NCBI GenBank assembly: GCA_041650935.1
Contig: JBAZKH010000005.1
Coordinates: forward strand, 65,574-129,573
Direction of reading: 5' to 3'
Source: Candidatus Omnitrophota bacterium
GTDB lineage: Bacteria > Omnitrophota > Gorgyraeia > 2-01-FULL-45-10
Length of the DNA stretch: 64,000 nucleotides
The notes under the pieces were generated by a model. It had not been told where the DNA came from and searched no databases. It worked only from the letters and a program-made list of their open reading frames with translations. The position numbers and the translations under genes were made by a program. Positions 1 to 9,337 of this stretch are shown one piece after another. Numbering within the stretch: position 1 is the stretch's first letter; every line of letters begins with the position of its first letter.

Positions 1-1316
1 TCTCTGTAAGAATCGAGCTTTGCTATACCGTCGTCCAGTTTAAAGCTCAAGCCATAGATAGGAGCTTTTTTATTTATGAAGTCTGTGAATCTTTTTACAC
101 TAAAATTAGCTTTATTAGCTACATAGTAATCGAAATCTTCCTTGATTAAGGCTATATTGAACATGCCCTTAATAAGCGACAGGTCTTTGTCTAAAGAATA
201 GATGGTTTTTTGGTCATCCGTTTTGGCAAGATTTTCTACGAGGGTTGTTTCGAGTTTCGCTATTTCCTTATACAGGACGAGCTTGTCTATAGCATCATAT
301 TTTTTTACATATTCGGAGTATTTTACAAGGTTAGGCAGTTTGCTAAAATCTACTCCCGTAAAGCGTGCCTTCTTAAGCAGATAACTGTAAAATTCTTCAT
401 TTGTAATATCGCCCTGCTTGAACTGCACGCTCTTTACGACAAGCTCTTCCAAATCTTTCGTAGAGAGCTTTTGGTTAAGCTTATCGATGAGAATGCTGCG
501 TTCAGTGTCGGCATTTTTGAAATTTATGGATTTTTCATCATTTAGGATAGTAAGGAGGCTGGATAGGTTCGGGTAGGTATTAATGTCGACTTTTTGTAAC
601 TCCGCTTTCTCTTTCAAGAATGCGATATAGGCCTTAAAATCTATCTTGCTGTCTTTATACGCCTTTATCTTTTCGTCAACTTCTTTGAGTTCTGGGGAAT
701 ACGCTTTTAGCTTAAGGTTCGTTATCGCTAGAGATAGTGTATTGAGATATTTATCGACTTCCTCCTTATATATAAGAGAGGATCGATAGGCGTTTAAGTT
801 CTCCCCATAGAGTTTTTCATCTTCTATGCCGAAAAGTTTTACTTTATCCGGGTTATTTATAGCAAAGAATTCAGGTCCGGATATCCGCCCTTCCTTTACG
901 AAATAGTCGGAAACCTTTTTTCTTAATTCGGGGTCTTTAATTTTAGTAAATATGGAAAGATCGTAATTACCCTTACCGCCTTCCAGTGATACTAAACCTA
1001 TATTATAGGTAGATACGAGATGTTTTATAATGGCTTCTGAGGCATGCTGGGCTGAATAATTACAATGGGCGTCCTGAATGTGGATGATAGTCTTGCCGTT
1101 AGAACCTTTGAACGTGTCTTTTATCTCACCGAAACGAAAAGGTATTGAAATGCCATTTATATCTAAAGGAGCGGTGCTTATATTGCCAGCTGATACCGCT
1201 GGATTTGTAGCGTTAGCGCCCCACGCAAGATCGTAAAACACCATGTTAGAGAAAAAAGCACATAGAGTAACAAAAGATATCAGCACACGATATAGTCTTT
1301 TCTCTTTTATATGCAT
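1..1316 (-). CDS. Hypothetical secreted protein. The N-terminus is in the window and the C-terminus runs off the window start. Signal-peptide-like N-terminus MHIKEKRLYRVLISFVTLCAFFSNMVFYDLAWGA.
   Basis: The reverse strand is open from an ATG at 1316-1314 to position 1 with no stop. It is AT-rich with coherent codon usage. The N-terminus is basic then hydrophobic and ends in a DLAWG motif shared with the 1641-aa protein. The ORF is absent from the track only because it lacks an in-window stop. Confidence 0.5.
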   Translation of the reverse strand, partial: MHIKEKRLYRVLISFVTLCAFFSNMVFYDLAWGANATNPAVSAGNISTAPLDINGISIPFRFGEIKDTFKGSNGKTIIHIQDAHCNYSAQHASEAIIKHLVSTYNIGLVSLEGGKGNYDLSIFTKIKDPELRKKVSDYFVKEGRISGPEFFAINNPDKVKLFGIEDEKLYGENLNAYRSSLIYKEEVDKYLNTLSLAITNLKLKAYSPELKEVDEKIKAYKDSKIDFKAYIAFLKEKAELQKVDINTYPNLSSLLTILNDEKSINFKNADTERSILIDKLNQKLSTKDLEELVVKSVQFKQGDITNEEFYSYLLKKARFTGVDFSKLPNLVKYSEYVKKYDAIDKLVLYKEIAKLETTLVENLAKTDDQKTIYSLDKDLSLIKGMFNIALIKEDFDYYVANKANFSVKRFTDFINKKAPIYGLSFKLDDGIAKLDSYR

Positions 1317-1575
1317 TTTTGTTTCCCCTTAAAATTTTTCATTGTCAGATATCGAGTTTGATGTATAAAAAAACCAAGCCGCCTTATCTTCTAGGCAGCT
1401 TGGCTATCTAGCGTAAAATACGTTCTCTAGACCGTCAGCTTTGCGCCCTCGCGTCTCCGCGAGTTTGCCTTTATTCTAGAATATTGTAATTTAAGCATAT
1501 CATACATTTATGTTAAGTCAAGAAAAAGTTACTGCCTTTTTTATCTCTAACATTGATTAGGCCAGTAAAAATAGA

Positions 1576-1669
1576 AAAGGCACTGGCTATATGCTAACCA
1601 ATGCCTCTTTTGACTTCTTACTAACCCTCTTACTTAGGTCTAACACCTCTATTTCGCACAACTCTTTGA
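1576..1669. repeat. Direct-repeat copy 1, about 95 bp, about 90% identical to 9866-9962. It includes a terminator-like hairpin.
   Basis: Manual alignment of atatgctaaccaatgcctcttttgacttcttactaaccctcttacttaggtctaacacctctatttcgcacaactctttga against the copy at 9882-9962. Confidence 0.7.
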
Positions 1670-1696
1670 GAACACTATCCTTAAAATAGTGTGAGT

Positions 1697-1721
1697 TTCG
1701 AATGGTGGTGAGGGTTTATTG
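1697..1721 (-). pseudogene. Degenerate 3'-end fragment of tRNA-Tyr (acceptor, T-arm remnant, CCA).
   Basis: tggtggtgagggtttattgcgaacc resembles the 3' end of the intact tRNA-Tyr at 9995-10020 (tggtggtgagggatggattcgaacc). Confidence 0.5.
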
Positions 1722-1816
1722 CGAACCAAACTCAATAATATTTTACCTTAACTCCATCAGTATAATATCTATTTCATCTATTGTAACATATTCAACTATT
1801 GGATATGTCCGATTTT

Positions 1817-2113
1817 TTAGGGATGCGGCGTAATTGCAAAAACAACGATTTCGCCCCTGGCTTTTCCATAATAAAAGAAGATGCGAAATGCTGCCGGAGT
1901 ATTCTGCTCGGCATACGCTTCAAAGACCTTTTCTCCGTTTAGACCACACAAAGAAGTATATGGATGCGTTTGTAATCCTGGATGCCGCGGATTGTCCGCT
2001 AGGAGTTTTAATGCTTTGGAAGCCGCCTTGAAACGTTTCTCTAAATGGGCGGAGCGTTTCAACTCTTTTAAGTTTTCTCTTGCTTCAGGAGTAAAACTAA
2101 GGAAGAAACTCAT
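1817..2113 (-). CDS. Putative type II toxin, RelE/ParE-like, 98 aa.
   Basis: Small basic protein. It overlaps the upstream AbrB-type antitoxin gene by 4 bp (ATGA), a typical TA operon arrangement. The motifs FTPEARENLKEL and RIFFYYG..GEIVVFAITPH are reminiscent of the ParE/RelE fold. Confidence 0.4.
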   Translation of the reverse strand: MSFFLSFTPEARENLKELKRSAHLEKRFKAASKALKLLADNPRHPGLQTHPYTSLCGLNGEKVFEAYAEQNTPAAFRIFFYYGKARGEIVVFAITPHP

Positions 2114-2451
2114 AAATCGTTTAAGAAACTTTCCAGATCATCGGCCTTTTCTATCTTGCCTTCTGCCGCCTCTTTTAACCCCCGTCGTATCTTGCCGATA
2201 ACTTCCGAGTTACGATATATCCACGCCTCGTTACTGGGAACCGATACGGCGGGCCGGAGTAATATATCCCCTTCTTTGCCGACAAATACCTGGTAAGAAT
2301 CAATCTTCATCTTACTCATTAAGAGTTTTTGCAACCTTCCCCCCAGCGTTATACGGTGCTTGGAATCGAGTGGCCGGGTATCTACGGGTATAAACACCTC
2401 CCGGATCTCAAAGGTTTGCTTTTTCTTTTGCGCGGCTTTTAATGTCTTCAT
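2110..2451 (-). CDS. AbrB/MazE (SpoVT-AbrB) family antitoxin-like protein, 113 aa.
   Basis: Swapped-hairpin AbrB-like motif DSKHRITLGGRLQKL...VFVGKEGDILLRP. It lies first in a two-gene operon with a small toxin-like ORF. Confidence 0.55.
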   Translation of the reverse strand: MKTLKAAQKKKQTFEIREVFIPVDTRPLDSKHRITLGGRLQKLLMSKMKIDSYQVFVGKEGDILLRPAVSVPSNEAWIYRNSEVIGKIRRGLKEAAEGKIEKADDLESFLNDL

Positions 2452-2559
2452 TATAATCCCTCTCTTTCTAGTAAAAGTATATCATACAGTGGGAATATTG
2501 TCAAGTGGGAAAGTGGGATTTTCTGGGCATAAACCACACATAGGCAAACACGAGTGGTT

Positions 2560-2592
2560 TATGGTGGTGAGAGATGGATTCCTCTTCAGCCG
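2560..2592 (-). pseudogene. Decayed tRNA 3'-end remnant.
   Basis: tggtggtgagagatggattcctcttcagccgcc matches the tRNA-Tyr 3' end with indels. Confidence 0.3.
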
Positions 2593-2751
2593 CCAGAGGC
2601 AGATCCAGAACTAGCCGAATCCACTATACAACAATTGCCCTACTTCGCTCTTCACCGCTCAGGTAGTGGTTGAGCTTCGTAGGGGCATTCTGCCTACATG
2701 TACAATTTCTGCGAAGCCCTACCTCAGCCTTACTCTGAAGGGCGCAGCAGA

Positions 2752-2776
2752 ATGGTGGTGAGGGTTCGAACCGAAC
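2752..2776 (-). pseudogene. tRNA 3'-end remnant (T-loop, acceptor, CCA).
   Basis: tggtggtgagggttcgaaccgaac has reverse complement GGTTCGAACCCTCACCACCA. Confidence 0.45.
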
Positions 2777-2863
2777 TTAACTCCTGCATATTTTACCATA
2801 ATTCCGACGATACACTAGCCATAAATTCAATGACTGAAAATGTGCGACAGTAGTAATAGCGAA

Positions 2864-4270
2864 TTAACCGTGGATCTCCCAATGCCCGCCTTTATCGGGA
2901 CCAATACGTTTAATAATGCCTTTTTCCTTTAGTTTTGACAAATGCTTTTCGATAGCTCTACTGGTTACGCCTAATAGCTGGGCAATCTGTTGCGCTGAGA
3001 TAGCGGGGTTTTCTTTAATTGCCGCAATAATCTTCTCCGAACTTTTCTCCGAACTTTTCTCCGAACTTATTTGAATTTGCTTATCCGGTTTGGGATTATG
3101 AAAAACTGTCACAAAACTGCCGCCAGCCTCTTCATAAGTTGGTTCGGGTAATCCCCACTCTTTGCACCACCGAATGATTTTACTTGTTCCTGAACCCACA
3201 TCCTCGGCGAATTTAATCCAGAAAAAGGCTTTGGCAATCAGAGGATTACGTGGAATCGAATCGTGCTTTCCTTTTAATTTTTCTATGGTAAGCGGCGGAG
3301 GTAAAAGTCCGGGATTCCAAACTTCCAGTCGATCGTCAAAAATCCTTACTTGGACTTTACCTGAACTGGCATAGTCTCGATGAGCCAAAGCGTTTGCCAG
3401 AGCTTCTCTTATGGCATCCTGTGGATAAAGCCATTTTTCCTGACGTTGGAGCTTCCCTGATTCTATCCATGCTTTCATTGGGATATGATCGTAGATAAAG
3501 CTTTCCGCTTTCTCAAGAAGCGTAATCGCGTCTCCGCCGATTGTTTTGAAATCAAGCATCGGTTTGGTTTCATCTACACCTTTGAACCGAATAGCTTTTA
3601 ATTCGGCTTGCAAAAAGAAGGATTGCGTGTCTTTTCCAAATAATAGAATGGCCGCATTGGTCAGCTTGCCGTTTTTTATTAACTTTAGCTTTCTCAAAAT
3701 ATCCGGCACCGGCGTCTCACGATCTATATTCAACCCTCTTTGTTCTTTGGCTTTTTTAACAAAGGTCAAAAGCTTTTCGTTACTGATATCTGTAATTTTT
3801 GCTTCCTTACAGATTTGTTCATCGAAATACAACCTGCCCTTATGCTTCTCAAGGATCAAACGCTCGTACTCATCCTTAGACATCTTAACCGTAGAGCGCC
3901 CCACGCGCTTATATGGCCGCCCAAAGGCAAGCACCAAATGATCGTGGGATTCTTTGACCTCGATAACGATCACGTCTTTATTGTCAATTTTCTTTACAAT
4001 TACATTGGGATGAAGCTTAGGGTCAGTATGCTGGGCTATTTGATTGACCAACTTCTCAATCGTACCTTTACCGATCTGAACACTATAAATCGTGCCTTCA
4101 GGGGAAACACCTATAAATAGCTGACCGCCTTCCGTATTCGCAAAAGCGGCTGCCGTCTCGATTATCTCATCGATCTCGGCTAAAGATTGTTTCCACTCAA
4201 TGATGGTGGATTCACCCATACCGATTATCTTTTTAATCTTCATACTCTTCTCCGAAGCAGAATATAGCAT
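2864..4270 (-). CDS. COG2865-type putative transcriptional regulator (Schlafen/AlbA_2 domain, HATPase_c_4 and C-terminal wHTH; RecG C-terminal-like).
   Basis: N-terminal AlbA_2-like stretch ESTIIEWKQSL. The conserved AIREALANALAHRDY motif and a C-terminal HTH (ISAQQIAQLLGVTSRAIEKHLSKLKEKGII) are also present. Confidence 0.8.
   Translation of the reverse strand: MLYSASEKSMKIKKIIGMGESTIIEWKQSLAEIDEIIETAAAFANTEGGQLFIGVSPEGTIYSVQIGKGTIEKLVNQIAQHTDPKLHPNVIVKKIDNKDVIVIEVKESHDHLVLAFGRPYKRVGRSTVKMSKDEYERLILEKHKGRLYFDEQICKEAKITDISNEKLLTFVKKAKEQRGLNIDRETPVPDILRKLKLIKNGKLTNAAILLFGKDTQSFFLQAELKAIRFKGVDETKPMLDFKTIGGDAITLLEKAESFIYDHIPMKAWIESGKLQRQEKWLYPQDAIREALANALAHRDYASSGKVQVRIFDDRLEVWNPGLLPPPLTIEKLKGKHDSIPRNPLIAKAFFWIKFAEDVGSGTSKIIRWCKEWGLPEPTYEEAGGSFVTVFHNPKPDKQIQISSEKSSEKSSEKIIAAIKENPAISAQQIAQLLGVTSRAIEKHLSKLKEKGIIKRIGPDKGGHWEIHG
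3040..3075. repeat. Three tandem copies of a 12-bp unit (cttttctccgaa) encoding SEKSSEKSSEK.
   Basis: Seen directly in the sequence, inside the COG2865 gene just before its HTH domain. Confidence 0.8.
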
Positions 4271-4315
4271 GAGAGCAGGAAAAATGGAAGGTAAAAGTTG
4301 AGGACATACTGAAAA

Positions 4316-7300
4316 TTACGCGGCGGTTTTGATATACTTTCGTATGATATGATTCACTTCCATGACATGGGCATAATCGACCTGTCTAATCGGCGGTAGG
4401 ATAAAGGCTATCGTCATTACGAATTCACCGATATCGGCTATACGCAGTTCTTCATCGGTTAATTTCCTATTCGCCAAGGATTCAAAAGCACTCCGCAAGC
4501 TTGCAATGCTATTTGTATGAAGTGCCCTCATTGCTCGCATTATGCCTTCGACCTGAACGGGTTCTTTGCACCGCTCAAAAGCCATGGCCTTTATGTCTGC
4601 TCCTAACTCTTTTGCCAGGTTGCTACCAAGTATCGCCCTGACTTCATCTGTACTTGGACAGGCAACACCGAATTCGAATTTATAATTTTTAAAATCGTTG
4701 CCATACTCGGCACGATAATAATCTAGCGTCTTCTGCATCTTAATACGTACCTTGTCCACAAAATTGCCCGGGCCATCCCCTGCTAAACGAACTATCTTCT
4801 CGCTATAGTCTCTACGCCTCATGTCAAATTCGACATTTGTCAGGATTGGCCTTTGCGCTTCTGGTATTATAGAATCTGTAATAATATCGCAACGTATCGT
4901 GTTATTAGCAATGACAGGGGTATTTTGAAGATTCTCGGCATGAATCTTGTCCGCATCGGCCTTATCCAAATCGGAATCGGCTTCTTCTTGCGGTGATAAA
5001 GTCCTGGCGGCGAGCTTTTCCCGCAATTTCGCTATGCCTTCGCCTTGTGTGCTTTGACGAACAGGGGCTACATCGGCCTGTCCCGTTTGCTGCCGGGTCG
5101 AAGATGTGGCTTCACTTTTTGCCGGCGTACCGCTACTGGATAAGACTTCGCTTAAACCCAAGGGTTGGTCGGATATGGTTATGGTTTTAGACAGCACACT
5201 ATTCGAGTCACGCAACTTCTGTGCTAATTGCCGTAATGCCCGAGAAGATTCTTCTGGTTGAGGTATGGCTGCGCGTAATTCGAGGCGGTGGGCATAGGCC
5301 TCTCTTCTTTCCACAGAGCATTGTCTTAACTCATCATCTAAATAGCGTAAAAACCATTTATCATCTTTTGGCTGATAGATCGCTATGTCAGACCTGCGAG
5401 ATAATATTTCCAGTGCACGCCAAAATATAATCATATCTTTATTCCATTCGGGAAAATATTGATAGAGGTCCTCACAACCCTTTGTAGGAGAAAGAAAGGA
5501 TTCTCTTAAGTCGCGAACTGGTCTTTTATTTATACTGGTTATATCATGCATATATACATCTGCAAGTCGCAAAACTTCTTCTTCTGGCAAAGCATATACC
5601 TCGTCTATTTCCTCGGTTGATATACAATCTTCGCCGGACAGAAATTTCCTTAACCAAACCAAGTAATCTTGAAGTTCTTGGGGTTCCCATAAAAATCCTT
5701 CATAGTAACATTTCACCCATGACGCATTTAATATAGCTTCTGTTATCTTTTTGCGCTTTGCGGTCTCGTCCCTATTTGCCGCTGCGCCACCGGATGCGGA
5801 CGCAACCGCATTAAACTCTTTTAGTGCCTCGCCGCTCATTGCTTCGGTAACGGCACGGCAGATCTCGGCATGGTACGGCATTGCGGTAAGACTTGCTATA
5901 AATTCTTTAAGAGTATATACGCTGGCTTCTATGCTTCCTCTTGCCAATCCTGCGATACGAACTATTTCTGCCCGTTGTTCATCTTTTTCGAGTTTCGAGG
6001 CTTCCCGAATCAGATTCTGAATAATATCTATTGGATATCCGCCACCTAAATCTTTTGGCAACGGCTTTAGTTCTTTGCCTTCCGCAACTAACAAAACCGG
6101 AGCGGATTCAATCGTCCTTATGATATTATTGACATACATCTCTAGCCCCGTCAAAGATACTCCTTTTACCTGTCCTCTTCTTATCGCATAACCATAATTA
6201 GCCGCTATATGTGGAAACAAATTCATAAATTCGTAATCACATGAACCGACGGAGGTAACTCTTGACAGATTATTTTTTTCTAATGTGCCACTATAAGGCT
6301 TCGCTGTAAAGAAACAATAATAGGCGGGTTGCCCGAAACCAACATTTTGTAGCAATAAATCGATAGCGTATCTTTTAGTACCGGTTCCGATGTAATCGTC
6401 CACAACGATGAATTTCTTCGATTTAATCTCATTGAAAGTTCGATTGTCAAGGCCCATAACCTGCCGTAGTTTTTCATTTTGAGCTGATGCAGTCAAGCCT
6501 CCTCCTAGCAATGCTCTCTTGTCATCGTGATTAACAAGATAGATTAGCGGCATATTTTTGTTGCCATAAAGATGTTTCCATGCTGTTTCCAAAAGCATCG
6601 TTGGAAGCACTGCGCTGTCGCCAAAGAGTAAAATTGTACCGAACCCATTATCGTGAATCATTCTCGCAATTTCAATCGACACCGTAGCTATAGTTTCCGC
6701 CTCCCGCATGTCTTTGGTGATATTTTGCTGGACAAGCGGAGTGCCGGACTTACAGCGATTTATGTTAAAATCCCTGCTTTCCCAGTGGCCTGCTGTCCAG
6801 AAAAATGTGAAAACATTGACATCTTTCGGTAGGACGGCTTCATGGCGACCTGCTGTATTCTCGATTAACGGAATCATTCGACAATTATTCCAATGACCAA
6901 AATCGTCTTTTATACCTGCCCATACAAATCCCGGCGCCCCTTTAGATGGCTCTCCTACGGTCACCCGCACTCTATCTTCGGGGCCTATATCTAATACCTT
7001 CCCGCTTTCGAATGTCCAGACAACATCTTTTCCTTCGAGTTGAGGTTGGCTCTCCAATGGAGTACCTTTAAATTCAGGATGCTCGCGAAGCTTACCGGTT
7101 AAAAAGACTAAGTCGTTCAATAATATCGATGTACCACCATGCTTAGTATTAAAGATACGCTGCTCCTTTGATGGTTTGCTATAAAACCCTTCTGTCATAT
7201 TACCGGACATCATTAGCCCTATCTCACTGTTTGCAAGATCCCGTCCAGCATTTACCGCTATAGGTATGCCAGGCATTCCTATAACATTACCGTCATTAAG

Positions 7301-9241
7301 TCGTTCATCATATCTGTCACCATAGAATGCGACTAAGGAGACCTTTGAATTTAAATGCTCAGCCAACCACACTAACGCACTGCCTTTTGTTCCGTAATTA
7401 TCTTCATGTATCAGTCTGTAACCCCGGGTATCTTCATATTCATAAATGCGTTTCTCTTTGAAGAATTTATCCCGAGCAGCTAATATCAAATAGATATGGC
7501 TCAGCAAATATGATTTATGCAGTTTGTGAAGTTTATTGGCAAGATGATCGAGCGCCCTCCAGTAAAATGTCTCTTTTGTCGCGAGAGTATCGAAAGCAAT
7601 ATAACCGCCTTCTTCAAGATAAGCTATGATAGCGTTTACAATAGGCTCGTTTTCTTTATCACTCATTAAGCTTGTAATAGATATCGTCGTCTCATCCATA
7701 TCGAGTCCTAACAGCGGGGCACGCTTATCACGGCTTAGAATATGGTTGAGTCTCTCTTCAAGTACCTTTATCCTATCATCTTTAGTAGCGCCGCTGGATG
7801 CGGATGAACGAGTCGCTTGCTGCGCATTTAATTCGGCATAGCTTATAGGAGGTTTCGGAATAGGCAATGGATTTTCATCCGATGGCGTATCTTCAGGCTG
7901 GTCAGGCTTATAATTGTGCCGTCCAGACGGTGGCTCAGCACCGGGTAGTTTCGGACCGGGTAAACGTTTTGCGTGGGCTTCACCTCTCGCCATTACGCCT
8001 GGATTTTGCGATGCGACTGGGGCGGAGCTATTAGCTCCGGTAAATAATTCTCCATTCTCTGCTGTAGCGAGAAGTTTTTCATATCGATCTATTATTGGCT
8101 TAAATGTTACACCTTTATATCTATGTTTTATCTGTTCAAAATCCGCGCCTCTTCTGGATGCGATAATATCTTCCAAGCAACCTAAGTCTCTGGCAAATTT
8201 CAATTCTTCTTCGATTATTTCTAGGCACGCATGATGAAAGACATATTCAAATTTCAAATCACATATTTCATTGTCATAACATAACAATTCCAAAAATTCA
8301 TGCAATACACCGCAAATCATTTGCCTATTCCCTGTACGTTCTCTCAATAGAGTAAACGCAAGTGGTGAATATATAATATATACACCGGGTCCCCATATCC
8401 CTAACTTTTTTAAATCGTCTCTCGTTTGGCCATCAGAGATCCATTCATCGTATACTTTGCGCGGGATGTTAATTACTCCGTCTCCGATATTAAAATATTT
8501 ATTTGCGATACCTAATAGCTCATAGTCCGGAATTAAAACCGTGCCTTCCACTTTTAGTTCACTGGCCATATCTTCTAAAAATTCTATCGGGTCGCTAAGA
8601 TATATCGATTTTTTTGCATTCATTAATTTGTGATATGTGTTCCAAACAAGATCGCGGACTTTGGAAAACTTTTCCTTATAATCTTCCTCTGTTTGTGTTT
8701 TGTCAGGATTAACAAACCACACCCCTTCAAGTCCGGGGCACGAGAGATGGGCTATGTCTGCATCCGTTTTGATCTCAAAATTTCTTAGCTCTTCCAGATC
8801 CTGTGGAGTAAAATCAGCATAATCTCTGAGAAGTAACGCTTTTACCTGTTTGCCTTCCTTCTTAAAATTAAATGTGGCGATTGCCCATTTTTTCCCACTA
8901 GTTAAGCTACCTTTTTCAATACTTGCACCTATCTCAACTTCGCCAGCAGGAAAACATGTCTTATTCAATCTTGCAATTTGACCTTCTCTCACGTCTCCAG
9001 CTATGAATAGATTGCGCAATTCAACCGCCGCATAAGACGCAGTAAAGCCTGTACGGAAATCCATGCCCCACTTATCGAAGAATGGCTTGGATCTTAATTG
9101 TGCCGCAAGGGTAGTAGTGTTAGAAGAAGTGTAGCCGGAGGAAGGTTGTGCCCACGCAAGATCATTGACCAGAAATGTACACACTATGGCTATCGTTATA
9201 GCTTTAAATAATATGCTATATCTATTTTTATATACAAACAT
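4316..9241 (-). CDS. Giant (1641 aa) secreted multidomain protein with a HAD-like phosphatase module and a type I phosphoribosyltransferase-like module.
   Basis: N-terminal signal peptide. A Pro-rich linker precedes the HAD motif I LGLDMDETTI and motif IV-like FYGDRYDERLNDGNV. The PRPP-binding-loop-like FIVVDDYIGTGTKRY is present. It is a long uninterrupted ORF in AT-rich DNA. Confidence 0.8.
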   Translation of the reverse strand: MFVYKNRYSILFKAITIAIVCTFLVNDLAWAQPSSGYTSSNTTTLAAQLRSKPFFDKWGMDFRTGFTASYAAVELRNLFIAGDVREGQIARLNKTCFPAGEVEIGASIEKGSLTSGKKWAIATFNFKKEGKQVKALLLRDYADFTPQDLEELRNFEIKTDADIAHLSCPGLEGVWFVNPDKTQTEEDYKEKFSKVRDLVWNTYHKLMNAKKSIYLSDPIEFLEDMASELKVEGTVLIPDYELLGIANKYFNIGDGVINIPRKVYDEWISDGQTRDDLKKLGIWGPGVYIIYSPLAFTLLRERTGNRQMICGVLHEFLELLCYDNEICDLKFEYVFHHACLEIIEEELKFARDLGCLEDIIASRRGADFEQIKHRYKGVTFKPIIDRYEKLLATAENGELFTGANSSAPVASQNPGVMARGEAHAKRLPGPKLPGAEPPSGRHNYKPDQPEDTPSDENPLPIPKPPISYAELNAQQATRSSASSGATKDDRIKVLEERLNHILSRDKRAPLLGLDMDETTISITSLMSDKENEPIVNAIIAYLEEGGYIAFDTLATKETFYWRALDHLANKLHKLHKSYLLSHIYLILAARDKFFKEKRIYEYEDTRGYRLIHEDNYGTKGSALVWLAEHLNSKVSLVAFYGDRYDERLNDGNVIGMPGIPIAVNAGRDLANSEIGLMMSGNMTEGFYSKPSKEQRIFNTKHGGTSILLNDLVFLTGKLREHPEFKGTPLESQPQLEGKDVVWTFESGKVLDIGPEDRVRVTVGEPSKGAPGFVWAGIKDDFGHWNNCRMIPLIENTAGRHEAVLPKDVNVFTFFWTAGHWESRDFNINRCKSGTPLVQQNITKDMREAETIATVSIEIARMIHDNGFGTILLFGDSAVLPTMLLETAWKHLYGNKNMPLIYLVNHDDKRALLGGGLTASAQNEKLRQVMGLDNRTFNEIKSKKFIVVDDYIGTGTKRYAIDLLLQNVGFGQPAYYCFFTAKPYSGTLEKNNLSRVTSVGSCDYEFMNLFPHIAANYGYAIRRGQVKGVSLTGLEMYVNNIIRTIESAPVLLVAEGKELKPLPKDLGGGYPIDIIQNLIREASKLEKDEQRAEIVRIAGLARGSIEASVYTLKEFIASLTAMPYHAEICRAVTEAMSGEALKEFNAVASASGGAAANRDETAKRKKITEAILNASWVKCYYEGFLWEPQELQDYLVWLRKFLSGEDCISTEEIDEVYALPEEEVLRLADVYMHDITSINKRPVRDLRESFLSPTKGCEDLYQYFPEWNKDMIIFWRALEILSRRSDIAIYQPKDDKWFLRYLDDELRQCSVERREAYAHRLELRAAIPQPEESSRALRQLAQKLRDSNSVLSKTITISDQPLGLSEVLSSSGTPAKSEATSSTRQQTGQADVAPVRQSTQGEGIAKLREKLAARTLSPQEEADSDLDKADADKIHAENLQNTPVIANNTIRCDIITDSIIPEAQRPILTNVEFDMRRRDYSEKIVRLAGDGPGNFVDKVRIKMQKTLDYYRAEYGNDFKNYKFEFGVACPSTDEVRAILGSNLAKELGADIKAMAFERCKEPVQVEGIMRAMRALHTNSIASLRSAFESLANRKLTDEELRIADIGEFVMTIAFILPPIRQVDYAHVMEVNHIIRKYIKTAA

Positions 9242-9337
9242 GGTAGAAAATTATACCATGAAATATGTTAAGTCAATAGAAAGATATCTACATTTTTGAA
9301 TTCCTAATGCTTTTGAATTATTCACTTCATCAGTGCA

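Noticed and set aside
202-545. Plus-strand ORFs of 60 aa and 111 aa at the window start.
   Set aside because: They are embedded antisense within the long minus-strand secreted-protein ORF that runs to position 1.
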